Shown: positions 1 through 7,147 of the stretch, piece after piece
Position numbering within the stretch: position 1 is the first letter of the stretch
Layout: every line of letters starts with the position of its first letter
Assembly: GCF_000008385.1 (NCBI RefSeq)
Contig: NC_006833.1
Span: 660,001 to 692,000, forward strand
Length of the DNA: 32,000 nt
Source of the DNA: Wolbachia endosymbiont strain TRS of Brugia malayi
GTDB lineage: Bacteria > Pseudomonadota > Alphaproteobacteria > Rickettsiales > Anaplasmataceae
Direction: 5' to 3'
Position numbers and translations under genes: made by a program
Notes under the pieces: model-generated
Databases searched by the model: none
The model's input: only the letters and a program-made list of their open reading frames with translations
What the model was told of the DNA's origin: nothing

Positions 1-160
1 TTGCAGTTTTCTTCGACACACTCGGCATCTGTAGGTAATGCTAATAGTAAAATATAAGTGCAAAGCTTTTCACACTGAATATTTAAGACTAATTGCGTTA
101 TAAACCTATTAATAGTAAAGGAGAAGAACTTATCAATTTTCTGTCTTTTGGAGTATATAT

Positions 161-538
161 CTATTTAATTATATTTCGTATTAGAAAACATCCTATTAGT
201 GGAATTACAAGTGGAATGAGCCATAAAATGTAAGTACTAAATTTTACAGGTGGGACAATTATAATTGAATCTCCATAAGAATTTCTTAGCTCTGAAGTTA
301 TTTGCTCGTCAGTATATCCATCACTGATTTTTTCACGAATCATTTTGCGCATATTATATGCAACTTGGGACCCGGACTCAGATAACGACTCACCAGAACA
401 TATTGGACATTTTATCATTTCAAATAAATTAGTTGCTCGTTTTTCCATATTTTTGTCTCTGAGTTTGTCATCCAAAGTAAAAGCATTTGCGCTTGAGTAG
501 AATATCAATATGAAAAGTAAACTAATTAATATTTTCAT
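161..538 (-). CDS. ccmH: Cytochrome c-type biogenesis protein CcmH/CycL family
   Basis: 125-aa ORF. It has an N-terminal signal-like segment (MKILISLLFILIFYSSANA), the CPICSGES CXXC motif and a C-terminal TM helix typical of CcmH/NrfF. Its start overlaps the upstream ORF by 17 nt. Confidence 0.8.
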   Translation of the reverse strand: MKILISLLFILIFYSSANAFTLDDKLRDKNMEKRATNLFEMIKCPICSGESLSESGSQVAYNMRKMIREKISDGYTDEQITSELRNSYGDSIIIVPPVKFSTYILWLIPLVIPLIGCFLIRNIIK

Positions 539-1571
539 TCTTGGTTAGTTTGGTGATTTTACTTAGTTGGTTCATAAAATCAGTGGTGGATAACTTCCCA
601 ATAAAACTTGACCCTAAGTTATCATCATATTTTATTGAAAATTGAATGCTGTCATCAGTTGTTTTTTCTGATAAGGAAGATATTAGTTTTTCAAACGCAT
701 CTGAAGTTTTTGAGTGATTTTTCTCACCAGCCAAAAGCAAGATTAATTCTTTATAATTGGATACGGCCACATTAACCTTGTTTGTGAATGAAGAGGTAAT
801 CAAGTTGTAATTTTGCACTCCACCATCTGCGGTAAGAGAAAAGTTATCACTCTGAATTAAAAATCTTTCTATATTGAAATTAACTCTGGAAGCTGAGATA
901 TGACTTATAAACTCATAATCTAATTTAGTATCAATACTAAGATAATGTTCAGGACTTGCAACATTCTTGTATCGGTAGGTATAAAAATCAAATCCTAGCT
1001 TAGTGTTTCCGCTAGGTTCTTTATTGAAATGAAATTGAATGTAGTTACTTTTACCACCTGCTTCAGTTATAACACTTTGTTGATTTCCTGAAACATTGCA
1101 TTTTAATCCATAATCTTCGTAACGAAGTATGTTTACATAGTCTATCATGGTACTATTTTTAGTAAATCGCAACGAAGATGGTAAGTCGTTTAGCTTGATA
1201 ACAAAATGGTTGTTATTACTTGTGTAGCATTTTATATTCTTTTTCTCATCATCATGAGTAGTAATATTGACTTCATTGCTTGGTATATAGATGTACACCG
1301 ATTTATCGAATAACCTGTTTTTTATCAGCAAAGCTTCAGACGAAATAGTTAACTGCTCGTTAGAAAATTTTGGGTTTGTCATGTGGAAAGTTAGGCTAGA
1401 AGGAAATCCGCTGAAGTCATAGGAAACATCGAATTTTTCATCGTTAGTATATAATATTGTTTCAGCTAAAAGATTTTTTGTCTTCCATACAGAAAAATAC
1501 CAAAAACCACTGTAAGCTATGGGGACAAACAGAAATAAAGAAATTATTGTATAGATGAAAACCTTACGCAT
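522..1571 (-). CDS. Conserved-looking hypothetical membrane-anchored protein, function unknown
   Basis: 349-aa uninterrupted ORF with one N-terminal TM helix (IYTIISLFLFVPIAYSGFWYF). It is packed between fdx (3-nt gap) and ccmH (17-nt overlap). I recognise no catalytic motif. Confidence 0.6.
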   Translation of the reverse strand: MRKVFIYTIISLFLFVPIAYSGFWYFSVWKTKNLLAETILYTNDEKFDVSYDFSGFPSSLTFHMTNPKFSNEQLTISSEALLIKNRLFDKSVYIYIPSNEVNITTHDDEKKNIKCYTSNNNHFVIKLNDLPSSLRFTKNSTMIDYVNILRYEDYGLKCNVSGNQQSVITEAGGKSNYIQFHFNKEPSGNTKLGFDFYTYRYKNVASPEHYLSIDTKLDYEFISHISASRVNFNIERFLIQSDNFSLTADGGVQNYNLITSSFTNKVNVAVSNYKELILLLAGEKNHSKTSDAFEKLISSLSEKTTDDSIQFSIKYDDNLGSSFIGKLSTTDFMNQLSKITKLTKNENIN

Positions 1572-1574
1572 AAC

Positions 1575-1934
1575 TTAATCGTTCCCTTGTTTATCCAGTG
1601 ATATATTTCTTGTACCCTTTGGTATGGTTACACATAAACCATCGATGTCTTTTGTAATTTTTATTTGGCATCCAAGCCTTGACGTCTCTGTTAAGCTAAA
1701 AGCTAGATCTAGCATATCATTTTCTTCATCAGATATAGGATTATGTGTTTCTACAGCATCATAAAAATTTTGATCAATAATTACATGACATGTAGAACAG
1801 GCAAGAGAGCCTTCGCATGCACCTTCAAGCAGATCAGGGTCACTTCTGTGAGCTAAATTAAGTAGAGTTTCCCCCTCTGCAGCTTCATAGCTTTTCTTAC
1901 TTCCATCAGGTAAAATAAAAGTGACAGATGGCAT
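1575..1934 (-). CDS. fdx: Adrenodoxin-type [2Fe-2S] ferredoxin
   Basis: 119 aa. It carries the C-x5-C-x2-C cluster (CEGSLACSTCH) plus a distal Cys (RLGCQI), the classic vertebrate-type 2Fe-2S ferredoxin pattern. Confidence 0.85.
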   Translation of the reverse strand: MPSVTFILPDGSKKSYEAAEGETLLNLAHRSDPDLLEGACEGSLACSTCHVIIDQNFYDAVETHNPISDEENDMLDLAFSLTETSRLGCQIKITKDIDGLCVTIPKGTRNISLDKQGND

Positions 1935-1994
1935 ATTACCTTCCTATTAAGATCCTTACTAATTTTCCTATATCTTACAGGTAATAACTAGTAT

Positions 1995-2023
1995 TTGCAA
2001 ACTCTTTACGTTAAGCCTATTAA
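1995..2023 (+). promoter_or_regulatory. Candidate sigma70-like promoter for murD (TTGCAA-N17-TATTAA)
   Basis: TTGCAA at 1995-2000, a 17-nt spacer, then TATTAA at 2018-2023, about 30 nt upstream of ATG 2055. Such hexamers arise easily in an AT-rich background. Confidence 0.25.
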
Positions 2024-2054
2024 TAATTTATATGACGCCTTCCTAAAACAAGTA

Positions 2055-3551
2055 ATGCAACTGAGCAAATACAAAAATCAAAGTGTTGCTGTTTTTGGCC
2101 TTGGCAAAACTGGTTTGTCTGTCATCAATGTTCTAATAAAGAGTGGTGCAAAAGCGTATGCGTGGGATGATAGTAAAGAACAAATGGCAAATGCAAAAAC
2201 AATGTACAAAGAGTGTAATTTTATCCATCCAAAAAAATACGATTGGCACGAGATAAAAGCATTGATTTTAAGCCCTGGAGTACCAATTTCATATCCGAAG
2301 CCACATTGGATAGTAAAACTTGCAAGAAGTTTTGACTGTAAAATAAAATCGGATATTGAACTATTTCTAGAAGCTAAAGCTAAGAACCAGAAAATTGTAG
2401 GCGTCACAGGAACGAATGGCAAATCAACCACTACGTCATTAATAGGTCACATATTAAAATCTGCGGGGAAAAAAGTAGCTATTGGTGGAAATTTAGGTGT
2501 TCCTATTTTGGATCTAGAAAAAGATGCGGAAATTTATGTAATTGAAATTTCCTCTTTTCAATTAGAACTAATAAACATGCCTGCCGTTATTCCAGTGCAT
2601 GACCATACCTTTTTTTCTGGATCACAGTATCGTGCTGCTTGGATGATAAAAAGGGTATCTGAGATGACAAAAAAGATGACCGAGGTGACGAAAAGGATGG
2701 CTGGAATGATAAAGGTAGATATTTCAGTATTGCTCAACATTACCCTAGATCATATAGATAGACATGGAAGTATGGAAAATTATATAGCAGTTAAATCAAA
2801 GCTAATAGGCGGTAGTAAGGTCGCAGTGATAGGATGTGATAATGAAATTACCGCTGATATATTTAATAAATTTACTGGAAATAAGATTCCAATCTCAGGA
2901 GTACGCTCCTTATTGGATGATAAAAAGGGCGCTGAGATCCAGGAAATTTCGTTAAAACTAGAAAATCATAACTTATCAGCAAGTGACGCGAAAATAAACT
3001 TAACATCCAATGCAGAAAACATAGCAGCTTCATGTGCTGTGTGTAAGTTGCTTAAAGTAGATAGCAGCACTATTATCGACGGGATCAAATCTTTTTCAGG
3101 GTTAAAGCACAGAAATGAACTACTTGGCAAAATAGAAAATGTGCTTTTTGTAAACGATAGCAAAGCAACTAACGCTGAATCGAGCAAAAAGGCGATTTTG
3201 TCTTATAAAAACATATATTGGATCGTTGGTGGAAGAAGTAAAGAAGGTGGTATAGAGTCATTAAGCAAGCATTTTGCAAGAATTAGAAAAGCTCTTCTTA
3301 TTGGAGAATCAACAGAAGTTTTTGCAAGCACTATGGAAAATAAAGTGGATTATGTTAGATGTTGCAATTTAGAAGACGCATTTAGACTGGCTTTTGAAGA
3401 GGCTATAAAGAGCAAAGAAAAAACAACAATACTACTTTCTCCTGCATGTGCTTCTTTTGATCAGTGGAGAAATTTTGAAGAGCGTGGTGAAGCATTTTGC
3501 AGAATGTTTGAAAAACTCAGGGATTCATTTACAATTACACGTGTTGTTTAA
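2055..3551 (+). CDS. murD: UDP-N-acetylmuramoylalanine--D-glutamate ligase (MurD), carrying two in-frame repeat-derived insertions
   Basis: Mur ligase motifs are present: GVTGTNGKSTT P-loop, SSFQLE, NITLDHIDRHG and NDSKATN. The ORF opens at TTG 1995, but ATG 2055 gives the usual N-terminus (MQLSKYKNQSVAVFGLGKTG). Confidence 0.9.
   Translation: MQLSKYKNQSVAVFGLGKTGLSVINVLIKSGAKAYAWDDSKEQMANAKTMYKECNFIHPKKYDWHEIKALILSPGVPISYPKPHWIVKLARSFDCKIKSDIELFLEAKAKNQKIVGVTGTNGKSTTTSLIGHILKSAGKKVAIGGNLGVPILDLEKDAEIYVIEISSFQLELINMPAVIPVHDHTFFSGSQYRAAWMIKRVSEMTKKMTEVTKRMAGMIKVDISVLLNITLDHIDRHGSMENYIAVKSKLIGGSKVAVIGCDNEITADIFNKFTGNKIPISGVRSLLDDKKGAEIQEISLKLENHNLSASDAKINLTSNAENIAASCAVCKLLKVDSSTIIDGIKSFSGLKHRNELLGKIENVLFVNDSKATNAESSKKAILSYKNIYWIVGGRSKEGGIESLSKHFARIRKALLIGESTEVFASTMENKVDYVRCCNLEDAFRLAFEEAIKSKEKTTILLSPACASFDQWRNFEERGEAFCRMFEKLRDSFTITRVV
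2586..2715. repeat. Short palindromic repeat element (RPE/WPE-like) inserted in frame in murD
   Basis: Inverted termini (ttattccag ... ctggaatgataa) and reiterated GATGAYAAAARG units. It is colinear with the intergenic copies at 11438-11497 and 13678-13736 through shared blocks attccagtg, ctggatcNcagt, ggatgataa and ctggaat. It encodes the extra peptide between the SSFQLE and NITLDH motifs. Confidence 0.7.
2890..2943. repeat. Second, shorter copy of the same palindromic repeat family inside murD
   Basis: atctcag (2892-2898) and ctgagat (2932-2938) form inverted arms. The core ttggatgataaaaagggcgctgagat nearly matches 2639-2665 (ttggatgataaaaagggtatctgagat). The reverse complement begins ctggatctcag, identical to 13681-13691. 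Confidence 0.55.
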
Positions 3552-3563
3552 TACAATATTGTT

Positions 3564-4163
3564 GTGGAACAAGATGAAATAAGGTTGATAATAGATGAGC
3601 TAATCAGGATTATTCCATTTGAAGGGATAAGCGATAAGACTCTATTAAAAGTGTGCACAGACCTTAATCTAGCCAATAGCTTTTGCAAATTTCAGAATGG
3701 AATATATAGTGCTTTGGAGTGCATAGTAGAGGACTTGAATAGTTCAATGGAAGCTGAACTTCGGAATTTTAACTTGGAAGATATGAAAGTGCAGGAGCAA
3801 ATAAAGTTAGCTGTTCAAATATGCCTATCAAACTATGCTACGCTACCAAATTACAGAGAGTTTTTAAAAAATATTCTATCCTTTTCTGTATTACCAAAAA
3901 ATATATACTTTTCTAGTAAACTCTTATGCAGAATAGTCGATATGATTTGGTATGGTATTCACGATCAATCAACAGATTTTAATTACTATACAAAACGGGC
4001 AATATTGGCTGGGGTATATTTAAGCATAATACTCTTTTTTATTAATGACTATTCAGAAGGTTTTGCAGATACTCTATCATTTCTTGATAGGTGCATTAAC
4101 AATGTCATGACGTTTCAAAAGTTTAAAATCCATCTAAAAGAAATTGTAGGAAGTTTTCTATAG
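3564..4163 (+). CDS. COQ9 / RpsU-divergently-transcribed family protein (ubiquinone-biosynthesis associated)
   Basis: 199 aa with a GTG start. The N-terminal TetR-like helical segment (LIIDELIRIIPFEGISDKTLLKVCTDLNL) and the overall length resemble the alphaproteobacterial COQ9-like family. The assignment is from memory of that family. Confidence 0.6.
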   Translation: MEQDEIRLIIDELIRIIPFEGISDKTLLKVCTDLNLANSFCKFQNGIYSALECIVEDLNSSMEAELRNFNLEDMKVQEQIKLAVQICLSNYATLPNYREFLKNILSFSVLPKNIYFSSKLLCRIVDMIWYGIHDQSTDFNYYTKRAILAGVYLSIILFFINDYSEGFADTLSFLDRCINNVMTFQKFKIHLKEIVGSFL

Positions 4164-4251
4164 GCCTTTTATTATATTAGGCTATATTTTAGAGCTACCT
4201 TGGTTTTTTTCAATTTTTATGTTAAAATGACTGAATATTCACTAATGGTAA

Positions 4252-4494
4252 ATGAGAGTTATTTATTATACCGATGGTAATATTAAGCTAAAAGAAGGTA
4301 CGCAACATATAATAAACTTTTTTGGAGTGCTTAAATGTATTAAGGTTAATACGTTTGGTAAAGGTGCACCTAAAAAGCAAGAAAGTAAATTAGTTAAGCA
4401 TTATTTTGACTATCCTTATTTTTCTAGAATTGTTAATCCAAAATTCTTTGAAGAGGAACTGAAGGATAAAGCAAAAAATTTGTTGCAAGGATAA
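4252..4494 (+). CDS. Hypothetical protein (80 aa), possibly a gene remnant
   Basis: ORF only, with no recognisable motif. It lies in a low-density tract upstream of the mobile-element remnants. Confidence 0.3.
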   Translation: MRVIYYTDGNIKLKEGTQHIINFFGVLKCIKVNTFGKGAPKKQESKLVKHYFDYPYFSRIVNPKFFEEELKDKAKNLLQG

Positions 4495-4508
4495 TATCGC
4501 TATGGATC

Positions 4509-4739
4509 ATGTTCTGCAATATTATCTACGCTTCTGCTACATTACTATACTTAGTGTATAATAATCAAAGATCAAAAAAGATACTTACTGGGTTAGCTTT
4601 TATGTCAATAGTGTTATTAATTTTAGCTACCATATATTTTTTTGTGATTTGCTTATGGATGTTTTTCGACCTTATTAAGGAAAGGTTTGTTGTACATAGA
4701 ATAAAAAGCTTTTTAGAAAATGAAGTCAGCCCTGAGTAG
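4509..4739 (+). CDS. Hypothetical small membrane protein (76 aa, two predicted TM helices)
   Basis: ORF with two hydrophobic stretches (IIYASATLLYLVY; LAFMSIVLLILATIYFFVICLWMFF). I recognise no family. Confidence 0.3.
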   Translation: MFCNIIYASATLLYLVYNNQRSKKILTGLAFMSIVLLILATIYFFVICLWMFFDLIKERFVVHRIKSFLENEVSPE

Positions 4740-4925
4740 ATAAAGCGTTATGAAAAAGAACTTATAAAAAGTTCAGAAATGGGTACAAAAGCTCACAATC
4801 AAGAGTCGGAAAAAGATATAGAGGATATTATAGAGTTCCTTTTAAAAAGAGAAGGTCGTAGCACTATATAACTTTCCAACAAATGGAGAAGAATTAGTTC
4901 AAGCTGAAATGGCAATGGGGTAAAC

Positions 4926-5135
4926 ATGTTGCCTGTAAATGAGATACATCTAAACAACATAGTTTTAGATATTAACTCTATTGGAGCGAGAATTGCAGCA
5001 GAAGTTTTAAAAAGGTTTGAAGATCATGGTATTCATTTGACACTAATTCACAGTAATTCTTATAGTTTGCTTAAAGATGCAACTAATAACTTTCCTCATG
5101 GAATAAGGACTTTTTCACAAGGTGGCTTCCTATAA
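4926..5135 (+). CDS. Hypothetical protein (69 aa), possibly the tail of a frameshifted gene
   Basis: ORF only. Upstream frames 4790-4925 contain short compatible ORF pieces (MGTKAHNQESEKDIEDIIEFLLKREGRSTI; NFPTNGEELVQAEMAMG), which suggests fragmentation. Any STAS-like resemblance is weak. Confidence 0.25.
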   Translation: MLPVNEIHLNNIVLDINSIGARIAAEVLKRFEDHGIHLTLIHSNSYSLLKDATNNFPHGIRTFSQGGFL

Positions 5136-5164
5136 AATCCTTGAATTTTTGGTTTTGGTGTTAC

Positions 5165-5441
5165 AGATTAGATTTTAATCCACGGGAAGTTGTAAAATAC
5201 AAAATGCTCTGTATTAATTGCTAGTAGGAAAGGCGATAATGTAATTCCAAGGAAGCGCAATTTGTCGATAAACTTAGCGATCAACTAGCTGAAATAGGGT
5301 AGCTCAGAAGAAACATAGTGCTTAAACATGACCCTAAAGAAAAAGATTGTAAAAATAAAAATATTCATACCGATCATAAAGGACATTTAATTTATCGTGA
5401 GAGTAATAGTGGTATGGCAAATTACAAAGATATAGAAAATG
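5165..5441 (+). repeat. Diverged R1-family repeat sequence, left side of the copy interrupted by the IS element
   Basis: 5420-5441 joined to 6698-6735 is colinear with the reverse complement of 25195-25250 (ctacaaatatttaaaaaacttactaagtaaaaaaaaggcaaaaaaacc). Separately, 5175-5260 resembles the reverse complement of 24960-25040 (ttttaatc...gggaagtt.taaaata). Confidence 0.35.
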
Positions 5442-6697
5442 GTATCCATTCAGCGGAGTAGCAAAATAAGATAGACAAGGTAGTATAAAAGATAACGATA
5501 GAGCAAAAGTGAGGTAATATGGTAAATCTTTTAGAACTTTACAGAAGTCTGGAGCAGAAAATAGCAAAGTTAGAAACAAAAATAGAAAGATTGGAAAGAG
5601 AGAATGAAAGTCTAAAGGCAGAGAACAAGACTTTGAAGATAGAAAATGCTGAGTTAAAGGAAAAGCTCGGTTTAAATTCAAAAAATTCATTATGTGATAA
5701 ACCATACATCCACCAAGTTGATCTTCCGAAGATCGAGTCTTATGTAATGGAATATCAACTTACCGGAAGGTGTTATACCAGACACATTTAGGCCAAGGGT
5801 TAAGTTGATAATTGCAGCATTCAGCAAGTTTTATAAAAATTCGAAATATGGAATAGCGAATATTATAATGACATTTTCAATGTGAACATAAGTGTTGGTA
5901 GCATATCAAACAGTGAACATAGAATAGCTTCAAAATGTGAAGAAATGTATTAGCAGATTAAACAAGAAGTAAGTACAAGCAAAGTTCTTTATATTGACGA
6001 AACCAGCCATTACAATAAAGGTAAGCTTAGTTAGTGCTGGATGTTTACAAGTAATACGGCAAGTTTTGTAAAGTTGACAGAGTTAAGAGGAATGAAAGTT
6101 TAAAAAAATAGTAAATTCTGCAATTGTCATAGCTTAGTAATAACTAACAGGTATGCAGCATACGGTTATTTTACTGATAAAAAGAGACAGATTTGTTGGA
6201 CTCATTTATCAAGAGATTTTGAAAGATTAGCCTATAGTTGTAACAGAGAAGTCAAAGTTCTCGCCTGTTATTTAAGAAACGTTGCTGCTGAGTTATTTGC
6301 ACTAAAAGAGCCTTACTAAAGAATGAGATAGATATTTTAAGATTTGTCAGGCGTACCAGAAAATTGTGAAAGTGCACAAGGTATTACTTGAAGGAGATAT
6401 CCCAGTTACCTAAAACAATTGGAGCCTCTCGAGTTGCAAAAAATATTTTGAAGTTGAAAGGACGATGTGGAAATTTTTGGATGAACCAGGAAACATTCTG
6501 CTAACGAACAACCATACTGAACGGCAAACACTGCATTATATCGTTTATACAAAAATCCATATTTTACATAATCGGGACAAAGAAATGCATTTTTTGAATG
6601 GGTAATTTCATTATACTTAACATGGAAACAAAAGGAGCTAAATCCTTTCCATAATCTCCTATCTATCGTCTCTCACACCGCTTAGCTGAATGGATAC
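5442..6697 (+). mobile_element. Degenerate IS66-family (ISBst12-like, single-ORF type) insertion sequence; transposase is a pseudogene
   Basis: 13-bp terminal inverted repeats: GTATCCATTCAGC at 5442-5454 and its complement at 6685-6697. The conceptual transposase begins with a coiled coil (MVNLLELYRSLEQKIAKLETKIERLERENESLKAENKTLKIENAELKEKLGLNSKNS). Across more than 10 stops and frameshifts it continues with YIDETSHYNKGKL, ITNRYAAYGYF, RQICWTHLSRDFERLA and a broken NN..ER remnant (ANEQPY*TANT), which are IS66-type DDE signatures. I see no target-site duplication. Confidence 0.75.
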
Positions 6698-7055
6698 GAA
6701 TTTACTAGGCAGAAAAAAGGCAAAAAAAACCTTTGTTAGATAGTGTTCACTCTCTAATCCTACAAATTTGGCGCACTATACTGTCTTAAATGGTTTATAA
6801 GCGCATTTCAGCTTATATAGATAAAACCTAGATGGTGTAAGACATAAGGTGCACATAGTGCAAAAGATTAAATATTAAGATGCCAAACACATAATAATTT
6901 GTCATTTAACCTGCACAGATCAAAGATAACTGAATACTTTTACTACTATAGTAAGAAAGCTGGCAGAGTTTACCAAGCAGTTTTTTCGGGATACTTAAAT
7001 GACGGCTTGGCAAAAACTACATAGTTTGCAAAAAGTACAATGAACCATGGCTGTC
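6698..7055 (+). repeat. R1 dispersed repeat, copy 1 (probably derived from the 3' end of an IS110-family element)
   Basis: Multi-block colinear similarity to the reverse complements of 24830-25260 and 10440-10975. Shared blocks include aaaaaaggcaaaaaaaacc, gtcttaaatggtttataagcgcatttcagcttatatag, gtcatttaacctgcacagat and taagaaagctggcagag. Confidence 0.6.
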
Positions 7056-7147
7056 GAAAACCTCATCTTCATTGGTCATAGATAAGGCAGTTTTTGTTCA
7101 AGTAATGCTGAAACTCTACGTATATAAAACTATTTTGGCTCTAGTAT

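Noticed and set aside
1-28. Possible 5' end (ATG at 28, minus strand: MPSVSKKTA...) of a gene running off the left edge
   Set aside because: Only nine codons are visible, so neither gene identity nor reality can be supported.
2078-3187. Minus-strand ORFs inside murD (2078-2431, 2558-2740, 2966-3187)
   Set aside because: They are antisense to a strongly supported CDS. The ORF at 2558-2740 simply reads through the palindromic insert.
5334-5705. 123-aa minus-strand ORF across the left end of the IS element
   Set aside because: It spans the IS terminal repeat and is antisense to the transposase coiled-coil region. Its low-complexity Leu/Phe composition marks it as spurious.
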